DNA from: an uncultured delta proteobacterium
GTDB taxonomy: Bacteria; Myxococcota_A; Polyangia; Polyangiales; Polyangiaceae
Direction of reading: 5' to 3'
DNA length: 64,000 nt
Assembly: GCA_963782055.1 (NCBI GenBank)
Contig: CAWAIF010000003.1
Span: 3,328,001-3,392,000, forward strand
Shown here: one piece after another, positions 38,295 through 47,548 of the stretch
Layout of the letters: each line of letters opens with the position of its first letter
How positions within the stretch are numbered: the first letter of the stretch is position 1
The notes under the pieces: generated by a model
Databases searched by the model: none
What the model was told of the DNA's origin: nothing
Seen by the model: the letters and a program-made list of their open reading frames with translations, nothing else
Made by a program: the position numbers and the translations under genes

Positions 38295-41200
38295 TCAGCG
38301 GCCGGGGAGCGGGGGCGGGACGGATCCGGTGCCGCCCTCGTCCTCCTCGTCGTCCTCGACGATCTCGGCGATGTCGTCCACCACCATGATCTCCTCGTCG
38401 TCCTCGCCGGCGGCCTCCGCGCCCTGGAAGGGGCGGGCGATGGTCTCGTCGTTGAAGTCGATCGCCGGGCGCTCGTCGGTGGAGGAGAGCATGTCGCTCG
38501 GGGGGGGCACGGGCGTCTTGCTGGCGTCGGCCAGCGCGGGGTGGGAGCCCGGCTCGGCCCGCGAGGGCGAGTTGGCCTGCATGATCGCCGCGACCTGATC
38601 GGCCGGGACGGCCACCGTCGGGAACTCGGAGTCGCGCTGCGACTTGGGCGGCTGCGATCTGGGTGGCTGCGACCTGGGCGGCTGGCCGGCTGGGGTCTCC
38701 GAGGTGTCCGTCAGGGCCGCGACGATGGCGCCGGTGTCGGTCGGCATCTCCATCGGCCGCGGGGTGAAGGCGACCGGGGTCGGCTGGCTCAGCTTGCCGG
38801 TGGAAGGCGTCGGCATCGACGGGTTGGTGCTGTCCGGCAGATCCTCCAGCGTGGGGGGCTTGGGCGGCGCGTAGGCGTCGGAGGCGCCCGGGTCGGGCTT
38901 CTTGAGCATGTTCGCCTTGGCGCGCTCCAGGCCGGCCTGAGCCTCCGGGTCGCCCGACTTCATCCGCAGCACGCGGCGCCAGGCGTCGGCGGCCTCCCGC
39001 GGGTCCTGGAGCTGCTCCTCCCACATCCGCGCGACCTTGCGCGCCAGCTCGGCGCGGGTGGTCATGTCCTTGCCGCGCAGGATCTGGTCCTCGTACAGCT
39101 GCACCATGCCGCGGTAGTCGCCGAGCTCGGTCAGCAGAGAGGACAGCTCGTCCATCACCGCCGGCTCGTTCGGGGAGAGGTCGTGGAGCTTCTTGAGGTC
39201 GGCGGCGGCGCCGGCCTTGTCGTTCAGCTCGGTGCGGCGGAGCTTGGCGCGCTGGGAGAGGAGCTGGCGGACCAGCGGCCCGTCGAACACCTCCGTCAGC
39301 GCGTGGCTGATGGCGGCCTCGGCGCGGGAGAGGTCCCCCACCTCCTTCGCGAGGTCTTCCAGCGCATCGAGGGTGGAGGGATCGACGTGCGCGACCAGGG
39401 CGTCCCCCATCCAGCCGAAGGCCTGGTCGACGTCGCGCAGGCCGCGGAAGGACAGGGTGGCCGCGCGCCGCAGCAGGGCGCCGCGCGTCTTGCCGCCGTC
39501 GCGCGCGCCACCGCCTCCGGCCGCGAGCGCGGCGCAGAGCGCGCGACGGAGCTTCTCCACGCCGGTCTGCCGGTCGCCCTCGGCGGCCGTCTCCTCCAGC
39601 AGGGTGAGCGTCTCGTCGGTGGGCACGCCGGTGAGGGCGAGCTCGAAGAAGGTGCGGGCGCGATCGGTCATGCCGCGCGCGCCGGCGACCTGGGCGGCCC
39701 GCGCGAGGGCGCGGGTGCGGTCCGCGGGCGCCTTGCAGCGGGAGACCTGCCGCTCGTAGAGCTCCACCACGTCGGCTGGCTTGTCGGCCAGCGCGGCGAG
39801 ACGCTCCAGCAGGGGCTCGGCGTCGGTGGGGGCGACGCTGGTCATGCCCTGCTCGCCGTGGTTGATGGCCTCGGCGCTGGTGGCGCCGGCCTTCGCCCGC
39901 GCCTCCGCCTGGCGCACCAGCTCCGTCGCGCGCTCCGGGCCGGAGAGATCGCGCAGCAGGATGTCGTGCGCGACGAAGAGCGCGTCCTGGTCTGCCGCGC
40001 GCACCGCGAGCTCCTCCAGGCGACCAGCGAGATCCAGGTCGGCGCCCTTGGCGCGCACGATCTCCATCGCCACGCGCATGGCGTCTTGATCGCGCCCCAC
40101 CTCGGCGAAGCGATCGAAGGCACCGCGCAGGGCCTCGGTGCGCTCCGGCCCGCCGCGCGCGTCCATCCACCAGTCGCAGAGCTTGCTGGCGACCAGGCCC
40201 TTCCAGCCGAGGCGATCCCCCAGCTCCACGTAGGCGGCGCGCAGGTGCAAGTTGCCGAGATCGGCGAGCTCGGTCAGCGCGGCGAGGGCCTCGTCGCCGC
40301 GGTTGAGGCGGTCGGCGAGGATGGCGCAGAGCTTGAGGGTCATGTCGGCGGCGTCGTCCTCGTCGCCCTCCACCTCGATGCGCTGGGCGAGCAGCTCCGC
40401 CACGCGGTCCCACTGCTCGATCTTCTCGCAGAGCTCGCACAGGCGGGCGAGGGCGTCGAAGTCCTCCGGGTCCGCCTTGCGCACCAGATCCAACGCGCGG
40501 ATCGCCTGCTTCGGGTCGTCCAGGCGATCGTAGAGGCGCGCGAGGCGCGCGGCGATCTGCCCGCGCTCGGTGGTGTCCGCCACCAGCTTGAGCTCGCGCT
40601 CCAGCGCGTCGGCCGCGGAGGCGAAGTTGTCCCGGGCCTCCTGCAGATCGGCGATGGCCTGCAGGGCGGGCCGGCAGGTCGGGTCCAGATCGCTCAGCAC
40701 CGACTCGTAGCGCAGGATGGCGGTGTCCACGTCGCCGACACCCTCGGCGAGGAGCTCGGCCTCGCGCAGGGCGACGCGCGCCTTGTCCGCGGTGTCCACC
40801 GCGATGCTCCCGAGGCGTCGCAGCAGGGTGGTGGCCTCGGTGTGATCCTCGCGCTCGACGGCGTAGTCGATGAGCTTCTCCAGCGCCTCGCAATCGTCGC
40901 CGTCCTCCAGGACCTTGAGCCACTGCTCGCGGGAGGCCTCGCGGTCGCCCAGCTTGGTGGCGTAGAGCGTCGCCGCCTCGCGGCGGATGGCGACGCGCTT
41001 GGTCCTGTCGGTGATGCGGTTGCCGCGCTTGGAGAGGAAGGCGACGAGCTCCGGCCACGAGTCGGTCGCGGTCAGGCGCTCGCCGAGGGCGCCCGCGTAC
41101 TCGTCGTTGACGGGGTCGAGATCGGTCGCCTGCTGGAGCTTCTCCAGCGCGCCCGGCTCGTCGCCGGCGCGCAGCAACAGCTCCGCGGCGTGGGCGTAGA

Positions 41201-43367
41201 GCTGCGCCTCGGCGCGCGGCTCGCCGGCGCTCTGCCCGCGCTGCGTGGCGGCGAAGGCCGCACGGTCCCAGCGCTCGGCCGCGACGAAGCACCGCTCCGC
41301 CGCCTCCCACAGCTTCGCGCTGCGCTGCGCCTCGGCGGCGTCGACGTAGGCCTCGCCCGCGGCGTCGGCGTCGCCGAGCTGCTCGCGCAGCTCGCCGAGG
41401 CGCTCGAGGAGCTGCCCGCGCGCGACGACGTCGTCGAGCGACCCGGCGCTGTCGGCGATGACCTGCGCGGCCTCGACGATCTGCCCGCCCTTCTCGAAGA
41501 GCTTGGACGCGGTGCTCACCGCGCGGTCGTCGTCGGGCGTCAGGGCGGCGATGCGCGACCAGGCCTCCGCCGCGGCGATGAAGTCCCGGCGCTTCTGCTC
41601 GTGGAGGCCGGCGAGCTTCTTCTCCAGGGCGATCTTGGTGTCGACGTCGGCGGCGGCGCTCGCCTCCGACTCGAGGAGGTTGGTGAGATCGTCCCAGCGC
41701 TGCGCCTTCTCCAGGATGCGCGTGAGGGACTGCCGCGCGCTGTCGTCGCTGCGGTCGATGGCGAGCAGCTGCTTGAGCGCGGCGACCGCGCCGTCCACGT
41801 CGCGCAGGTTGCCCTCGCAGATGCCGGCGACCTCGCGCAGACGCTCCTTGCGCGTGTCCAGCGACTCGCGCGAGCCGGACACGGCGCGCACGCTGTTGAG
41901 CAGGACGTCACGGAGGGTGGAGTAGTCGCGCTTGCTGCGCAGGTAGTCCTCCACCCACGCCAGCGCCTCCGGGTGCGTCGGGTCGGTCTCCAGGACCTCC
42001 TTGTATTTTGCGAAGGCCTCGGCGCGCTTGTTCTTGCCGGCGAGCATCTGCGCGGCGTCGAGCACGCCCTGGAGGCGATCGGGCGGGAGGCCGCTGACGC
42101 GCTTGGGCTCCACCGCCACGGGCGCGGCGGAGATGGCCGCGGCAGGTGGGGCGGACGCGGACGGCGCGGCCTGGGGAGGGGGACGGCGCGACGGCACCGG
42201 CGGCGGCGCGCCCTGCGGGGCGCCCTGCGCGTACAGATCGGCGAGCTTGGCGGCGGCCGCGGCGTCGGAGTCGCGGATGGGCTCCAGGATGGAGGCGGCC
42301 TCCGCGAGCTGGCCGTTCATCTCGTAGCTGAGCGAGAGCGCCTGGCGCGCGTCGGCCGCCATCGACCCGCGGGGGTTGCTCGTCACGTACGCGAGGTAGC
42401 GCGAGAGCGCCTCCGGCTCGCGCTGCATGGTACGTGCATAATACACGAGAAGCTGCATGCCCCGCTCGTGGGCGGGGTCGAGGTCCAGCGCGGCGCCGGC
42501 GTAGGCGAGGCCGTGGTCGCCGTCGTAGACCTCCGCCAGCCCGACGAGGAGCTCGGCGGCGGGGGCGCGCTCGTCCATGGCCACGTTCTCGCCGGCCTGC
42601 ACGCGATCCAGGATGCTCGACGCGTACTCCTGCTGCAGCGCGGGATCCTGGTCGTCGACCTGCCGCGCGCGGCCGAGCGCGCGCGAGGTGCCGGGCAGGT
42701 CTCCGGCGGCGCGGCGGGCGGCGGCCTCGTCGCGCAGCAGCGCGGCCTGGCGGGTGGGGTCGGTCTCCAGCGCGAGCTCCGCCTCGTACAGGGGGAACGC
42801 TTCTTCGTACTGGCCGAGCGACTTGAGCAGCTCGCGCGCCTGGAAGATGGCGTACGCGCTCTGCGGGTCGATCTCCAGCGCGCGGCGGTAGCTGTCCACC
42901 GCCTTGCGCGGCTGCGAGAGCGGCGGCTCCGACCAGAGGCGACCGAGCTCCTCGTACATGCCGGCGACCTCGCCGCGCAGCTCCGGGCTCTGCGTGAGGA
43001 GCGGCGTGAGCGCCTTCGCGCGGCGGTCGAGCAGCGCGACGAGCGCCTTCACGTCGCCCTTGTCGCGGTAGAGCTGCGCCAGCCGCTCGGCGGCGACCTG
43101 CTGGGTGGGGTCGCGGTCGATGGCGGTCATGAGCACGCGCGCGGCGCGGTGCGCGTCACCCAGCGCGGTCATCCACACGTTGGCGGCCTCGCTCAGCCAG
43201 TGCGCGGAGTAGGCGGCGTCGGGCGTCTCGTTGCCCACGCGCTCGAGCAGCATGGCGTACGACTTCGGATCCGTCGCACCGGCCTGGTGCGCGTACGCGA
43301 GCGCTTCTTCGTCGTGCGGGTTGGCGACGAGGCGCTGAAGGAGCGCTTCGATTTCGCTCGGATCCAT
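38295..43367 (-). CDS. Giant cytoplasmic TPR-repeat protein (about 1690 aa) with disordered acidic/Pro-rich tail
   Basis: Long array of TPR-like helix pairs (AVDSYRRALEIDP, AKYKEVLETDPTHPEAL, AADAWRRVLRMK); C-terminal QPPRS repeats and E/D-rich end. Confidence 0.85.
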   Translation of the reverse strand: MDPSEIEALLQRLVANPHDEEALAYAHQAGATDPKSYAMLLERVGNETPDAAYSAHWLSEAANVWMTALGDAHRAARVLMTAIDRDPTQQVAAERLAQLYRDKGDVKALVALLDRRAKALTPLLTQSPELRGEVAGMYEELGRLWSEPPLSQPRKAVDSYRRALEIDPQSAYAIFQARELLKSLGQYEEAFPLYEAELALETDPTRQAALLRDEAAARRAAGDLPGTSRALGRARQVDDQDPALQQEYASSILDRVQAGENVAMDERAPAAELLVGLAEVYDGDHGLAYAGAALDLDPAHERGMQLLVYYARTMQREPEALSRYLAYVTSNPRGSMAADARQALSLSYEMNGQLAEAASILEPIRDSDAAAAAKLADLYAQGAPQGAPPPVPSRRPPPQAAPSASAPPAAAISAAPVAVEPKRVSGLPPDRLQGVLDAAQMLAGKNKRAEAFAKYKEVLETDPTHPEALAWVEDYLRSKRDYSTLRDVLLNSVRAVSGSRESLDTRKERLREVAGICEGNLRDVDGAVAALKQLLAIDRSDDSARQSLTRILEKAQRWDDLTNLLESEASAAADVDTKIALEKKLAGLHEQKRRDFIAAAEAWSRIAALTPDDDRAVSTASKLFEKGGQIVEAAQVIADSAGSLDDVVARGQLLERLGELREQLGDADAAGEAYVDAAEAQRSAKLWEAAERCFVAAERWDRAAFAATQRGQSAGEPRAEAQLYAHAAELLLRAGDEPGALEKLQQATDLDPVNDEYAGALGERLTATDSWPELVAFLSKRGNRITDRTKRVAIRREAATLYATKLGDREASREQWLKVLEDGDDCEALEKLIDYAVEREDHTEATTLLRRLGSIAVDTADKARVALREAELLAEGVGDVDTAILRYESVLSDLDPTCRPALQAIADLQEARDNFASAADALERELKLVADTTERGQIAARLARLYDRLDDPKQAIRALDLVRKADPEDFDALARLCELCEKIEQWDRVAELLAQRIEVEGDEDDAADMTLKLCAILADRLNRGDEALAALTELADLGNLHLRAAYVELGDRLGWKGLVASKLCDWWMDARGGPERTEALRGAFDRFAEVGRDQDAMRVAMEIVRAKGADLDLAGRLEELAVRAADQDALFVAHDILLRDLSGPERATELVRQAEARAKAGATSAEAINHGEQGMTSVAPTDAEPLLERLAALADKPADVVELYERQVSRCKAPADRTRALARAAQVAGARGMTDRARTFFELALTGVPTDETLTLLEETAAEGDRQTGVEKLRRALCAALAAGGGGARDGGKTRGALLRRAATLSFRGLRDVDQAFGWMGDALVAHVDPSTLDALEDLAKEVGDLSRAEAAISHALTEVFDGPLVRQLLSQRAKLRRTELNDKAGAAADLKKLHDLSPNEPAVMDELSSLLTELGDYRGMVQLYEDQILRGKDMTTRAELARKVARMWEEQLQDPREAADAWRRVLRMKSGDPEAQAGLERAKANMLKKPDPGASDAYAPPKPPTLEDLPDSTNPSMPTPSTGKLSQPTPVAFTPRPMEMPTDTGAIVAALTDTSETPAGQPPRSQPPRSQPPKSQRDSEFPTVAVPADQVAAIMQANSPSRAEPGSHPALADASKTPVPPPSDMLSSTDERPAIDFNDETIARPFQGAEAAGEDDEEIMVVDDIAEIVEDDEEDEGGTGSVPPPLPGR

Positions 43368-43469
43368 GTGCGCGCGGAGGCTATCCCCTTTCGTTTCTGC
43401 AATCAATCAGCGGAAAACCGGGCCAGGCCTCGTCGCGCGAGTCCGGCGCCGGCGAGGGCGGGTCGAGGG

Positions 43470-44993
43470 CTATTCGAGAATGCCGTAGCGGCCGGACGTC
43501 CCCGTCGAGGAGGCGGCCGGAGCGGTGTGCTTGGGCGTGCGGATCGTGTGGCGCGGGTGGTGGACCGTGTGGGTCGGCGCGGGGGCGGCGGTGGCGACGG
43601 CGGAGGCCGAGGCGGTGGGCTCTGCCGTCGCCGTGTCCGCGGTGGTCGCCGCCGTGGTCGCGGGCGGGGGCGGCACCGGCGCGGCGGTGGCCACGGTCGG
43701 CTCGGGCGGAGCATCCGACCGCATCAGCCACACGGCCAGCGCGCCGCCTGCGAGCAGCAGCAGCAGGGCGGCGAGGCCGACGCCCAGCGCCAGCGGCCAG
43801 CGCGAGGTCGGCAGGACGACCGCGGGCGCCTCCAGCGAGTCGGCGGCGTTGGGCGGGGGCGGGTTGGAGAGCACGCGGCGCGCCTCGGCGAGCGTCGCGC
43901 CGGCGAGCGACGCGCGCACCCCGCTCGTCATGGACCCGCGCGCGAGCTCCATCGCGTGCCCGAGCTCGCTCGCCATGGCGTCGGCGTTCGGCGGGCGCTT
44001 GTTCGGGTCCTTCGACATCGCCCGGAACACCACGCGCTCGAGCTCCGGCGGGATGCGCGCCTCCGGGCACACGTCGGCGAAGGGCTTGGGGTTGGACTTG
44101 ATGTGCCGCGCCATGACGATGATGGCGTCGTCGTCGGTGTACGGCGGGCGGCCGCTCAGCATGTGATAGAGGATCACGCCAAGCGAGTAGAGATCGCTGC
44201 GCGCGTCGAGCGGCTTGGCCTGCGCCTGCTCCGGCGACATGTAACGTGGCGTACCGAAGACCGTCCCCGCCTGCGTCTCGATGGCGTTCATCGGGCCGGC
44301 GCCCTCGCCGAACATCTTGGCGATGCCGAAGTCCAGGACCTTGATGATCTCCTCCGGCTGGCCGCTGGCGTTGACCACGTGGGCGAAGAAGAGGTTGTCC
44401 GGCTTCAGGTCACGGTGGACGATGCCCTTGTGGTGCGCCTCCGCCAGGGAGCGCAGCGCCTGGCGCGCCACCTCCACGGCGACCTCGGCGGTGACGCGCT
44501 TCTCCCGCTGAAGGCGCTGGCCGACCGACTCGCCCTCCAGCAGCTCCATGGCGAGGTAGAGCTCGCCCGTCTCGCTCTGGCCGAAGTCGTAGACGGTGAC
44601 GGTGTTGGGGGAGACGAGCACGCTGTTGGCGCGCGCCTCCCGCAGGAAGCGGGCCTTGGCGGCGTCGTCGACGGCGCGGTCGCTGCGCAGGATCTTGATG
44701 GCCACCTCGCGCCCGATGGCGAGCTGCCTGGCGCGGTAGACCGCGCCCATCGACCCGGCGCCCAGCTTGGCGACGACGGTGAAGCGCTCGGCGAGCGTGC
44801 GGCCGAGCATGCTGTCGCCGGAGGCGTCCGCCATGTCCTGCGCGCGCAGGAGGAAGCCGCCGTCGTGCGGGCAGTGTGTCGGCGCGCCGGCGCCCTCGTC
44901 GAAGCGACGGTGACACGTCGGACACACGAGGCCGTGGACCTTGCGCAGCGAGGGCGCGGTGTCGTCAGGGTGATGTCGGGAAGGGAGCGACAC
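43470..44993 (-). CDS. Membrane Ser/Thr protein kinase with N-terminal Zn-ribbon (start uncertain, 44927-45020)
   Basis: CPTC..CPHDG; LGAGSMGAVY, VAIK, HRDLKPDN, DFG, GTPRYMSPEQ, DLYSLG; TM and Pro/Thr-rich tail. Confidence 0.93.
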   Translation of the reverse strand: MSLPSRHHPDDTAPSLRKVHGLVCPTCHRRFDEGAGAPTHCPHDGGFLLRAQDMADASGDSMLGRTLAERFTVVAKLGAGSMGAVYRARQLAIGREVAIKILRSDRAVDDAAKARFLREARANSVLVSPNTVTVYDFGQSETGELYLAMELLEGESVGQRLQREKRVTAEVAVEVARQALRSLAEAHHKGIVHRDLKPDNLFFAHVVNASGQPEEIIKVLDFGIAKMFGEGAGPMNAIETQAGTVFGTPRYMSPEQAQAKPLDARSDLYSLGVILYHMLSGRPPYTDDDAIIVMARHIKSNPKPFADVCPEARIPPELERVVFRAMSKDPNKRPPNADAMASELGHAMELARGSMTSGVRASLAGATLAEARRVLSNPPPPNAADSLEAPAVVLPTSRWPLALGVGLAALLLLLAGGALAVWLMRSDAPPEPTVATAAPVPPPPATTAATTADTATAEPTASASAVATAAPAPTHTVHHPRHTIRTPKHTAPAASSTGTSGRYGILE

Positions 44994-45075
44994 GCAAATT
45001 TCCGGGCGGTCCGGGCCCATTCCGGGCGGATCGGGGTATCGTCGCTCGCCCGGGGCGAACGCGCAAGCGCGGACG

Positions 45076-45912
45076 TTACTTGCGTGGGTCCTTGCGCAGG
45101 GGCAGGACGTTGCGGGGGTCGCAGACCACCGAGACCTCCGGGGCGAGCAGCCGCGCCGGGGGGGTGATGGTGGTGATGTCCACGCCCTCCCGCACCCGCC
45201 GCGCCTCCAGGTGCAGGTGCACCAGCTCGGGCGAGCCCGTGTCCCCGACCGTGCCCACCACGTCCCCCGCGCGCAGGCGCGCGCCCTTGGTCAGGCCGGG
45301 CGCCGGCGCGTCCAGGTGCCCGAAGAGCACGATGTAGTCGCGCAGGCCGCCTCCCTCGCGCAGGGTGTGGCGGGTGACCACCGTGTTGCCGAAGAGGGGG
45401 CCGACGTAGACCACGTCGGCGTCGCCTTGCTGGTTCTCCAGCGGCACCATGTGGATGGGGGTGCCCTTCGCCTGCGGCAGGTCCACGCCGCCGTGCCCCA
45501 CGGCGTGGAGGGTCGGTCCGCGGCGCTGCGTCAGGTCCGGCCGGTCCAGGTCGAAGCCGGACACGACGCTGTGGCCGCCGGGCAGCCCGGGGGGCACCGG
45601 GTAGACGTACGCGTCGTAGTCCGCGGGTCTGTCGGGGCGTCGGGGGATCTCGTCGTAGACGATCCACTCGCCCGAGCGGTTGTGGTGGGCGTTGCGCGCC
45701 AGCGGCGAGGCGGGGACCGAGGGCGTGAGGTGGACGCACGCGCGGCCGTCGGCGAAGAGGCCCGGTCCGCACTCGGCGCCGTCGGTCGCGGGATGGGCCG
45801 CGGTGGCGGGGGCGGCGGAGGCCTCGTGCACCACCCAGTGCGGCAGGCTCCCCCGGGGGGCGAGGACCCCCACGGCGAGGGTGGCGGCCGCGAGGGCGAA
45901 CGTCCGGTGCAT
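45076..45912 (-). CDS. Secreted M23-family metallopeptidase
   Basis: Signal peptide; HGGVD (HxxxD), FGHL, GTVGDTG, HLH (HxH). Confidence 0.85.
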   Translation of the reverse strand: MHRTFALAAATLAVGVLAPRGSLPHWVVHEASAAPATAAHPATDGAECGPGLFADGRACVHLTPSVPASPLARNAHHNRSGEWIVYDEIPRRPDRPADYDAYVYPVPPGLPGGHSVVSGFDLDRPDLTQRRGPTLHAVGHGGVDLPQAKGTPIHMVPLENQQGDADVVYVGPLFGNTVVTRHTLREGGGLRDYIVLFGHLDAPAPGLTKGARLRAGDVVGTVGDTGSPELVHLHLEARRVREGVDITTITPPARLLAPEVSVVCDPRNVLPLRKDPRK

Positions 45913-45991
45913 CTCCCAAGGATAACCCGCCCGGGCGGCCGCGGCTTCCCGTCCGTTGCGCCCGCCGAGTCGCGCGCGCTACAAGAACGCC

Positions 45992-46642
45992 ATGCCAAGC
46001 GATCTCGCGCCGCGCCTCGCGTCGCTCTTCGAGGCCGAGCGCACGGTGCGCCGGCTGCACGCCGAGCTCCTCCGTGGCGATCACGCCGCGCTCGCGGCCG
46101 CCCTGGAGCGGGCGGCGAAGGAGGCCGCCGGCCTGCCCGACGCCCCCGAGGCGAACGTGCGTCTGGTGCGCGTGGCCGAGCTGCTCGCCGAGGTGGAGGG
46201 CGCGCGCTCGGTCGACGTGCTGGTCGACATCATGGGCAGCGATCACCCGGAGGCGCGTCTCTCGGCGGGCGAGGCGCTGGAAGAGCGCGGCTACTCCCGC
46301 TTCAAGGAGCTCGCGCTGGGGGTGGAGCGCGCGCTGGAGCGACTCCCGCCCAGCAGCCCCGCGCTGGTCGAGCTGCCGTACCTGCTCGCCGAGATCCCCG
46401 AGCCTGGCGTGATGAAGCTGCTGGGCATGTTCCTGAAGCAGAAGGAGCCGGGCCCGGTGGCGGCGGCGATCGAGGCGCTGGTGGAGGTGGGCGATCCCGC
46501 CGCCAAGCGGCTGCTCGAGCCGCTCTGCGCCGACGAGCGGCACGTCTCGATGGAGGACGAGGGCGGCGACGAGGGCCACGTGGCCATCGGCGAGCTGGCG
46601 ACGGAGGCGGTGGAGATGCTCGAGCGCGGCGGGCGTCCATGA
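45992..46642 (+). CDS. HEAT-repeat protein
   Basis: EARLSAGEAL, PVAAAIEALVEVGDPAA HEAT-like helices; stop overlaps the next start (ATGA). Confidence 0.75.
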   Translation: MPSDLAPRLASLFEAERTVRRLHAELLRGDHAALAAALERAAKEAAGLPDAPEANVRLVRVAELLAEVEGARSVDVLVDIMGSDHPEARLSAGEALEERGYSRFKELALGVERALERLPPSSPALVELPYLLAEIPEPGVMKLLGMFLKQKEPGPVAAAIEALVEVGDPAAKRLLEPLCADERHVSMEDEGGDEGHVAIGELATEAVEMLERGGRP

Positions 46643-47484
46643 CGACGCCCGCGCCGTCGGAGGTGGCCTCGCGCCCCGGCCCGCGGCTCGGCCCGGCGGA
46701 CGCGGCCATCTTCGAGACGTTCGTGGTGCCGCGCTACCTGTCCCTCTTCGGCGAGCTGGCGCTGGAGAGCGTCGTGGAGAGCGAGGGCGCGCAGCTCGTC
46801 CACCTGGGCTGCCGCACAGGCTACCCCGACCGCGGCCTGGCGATGAAGCTGCAGGGCGCGGCGGTCTTCGGTGTGGACGAGTCGCACGCCGCCATCGAGC
46901 TGGCCGGGGCGAAGGCCGCGACCATGCCGAACATGATGTACAACTACCGCGTCGGCGACGCCTACCCGGCGCCGCTGCCCGACGCCGCCTTCTCGCACGC
47001 GCTGTCGATCCATCCGCTCGCCGCGCCGAACTCGCGCGCGCTGCTCATCGCCGAGATGCACCGGCTGCTCGCGCCGTCCGGGCAGATGGTCCTGGCGCTG
47101 CCGATGCGCGGGTCCTTCCTGGAGGTGGCCGACATCCTGCGCGAGTGCGGGCTCAAGACCGACGACTCCGCGCTGACGGCCGCGGTCGACCGCGCGATGG
47201 CGCGGCGTCCGACGGTGGAGGCGCTCGCCTCCGAGATCGAGGAGGCGGGGTTCGAGTACGTCGACGTGAGCCTGCGCCCCGCCACGATCACCTTCCCGAG
47301 CGGCCGCGCCTTCGCCGAGGACCCGATCACGCGGCTCCTTCTGCTGCCCGAGTTCCGGATCAACCTGGAGATGGAGGACCTCTCCGGGCCGATGGACTAC
47401 GTGCGCGACGCGATCGACAAGTACTGGAGCGAGAGCGAGTTCGAGCTCACGGTCAACGTCGGCTGCGCCACCGGCCGCCGCTGA
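46639..47484 (+). CDS. Class I SAM-dependent methyltransferase-like protein
   Basis: Degenerate motif I LVHLGCRTG, VFGVDES, PLPDAAFSHAL, EMHRLLAPSGQ. Confidence 0.75.
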   Translation: MTTPAPSEVASRPGPRLGPADAAIFETFVVPRYLSLFGELALESVVESEGAQLVHLGCRTGYPDRGLAMKLQGAAVFGVDESHAAIELAGAKAATMPNMMYNYRVGDAYPAPLPDAAFSHALSIHPLAAPNSRALLIAEMHRLLAPSGQMVLALPMRGSFLEVADILRECGLKTDDSALTAAVDRAMARRPTVEALASEIEEAGFEYVDVSLRPATITFPSGRAFAEDPITRLLLLPEFRINLEMEDLSGPMDYVRDAIDKYWSESEFELTVNVGCATGRR

Positions 47485-47488
47485 TCTG

Positions 47489-47532
47489 CCTCACCCCCCA
47501 GCCCCCTCCTCTCCACCACGTGGAGAGGGGGA
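47489..47532. repeat. REP-like palindromic element, copy 2
   Basis: CCTCACCCCCC..CCTCTCCAC-cac-GTGGAGAGG (perfect 9-bp stem) at a convergent junction. Confidence 0.65.
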
Positions 47533-47548
47533 GAAGGAAGGAGGGGCC

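Noticed and set aside
38289..45167. 2292-aa plus-strand ORF, and other long antisense ORFs such as 7002-11234, 23470-26067, 50816-55321 and 54846-59168
   Set aside because: Antisense or alternate-frame shadows of real genes caused by stop-codon scarcity in GC-rich DNA; Arg/Gly/Ala-rich with no motifs.
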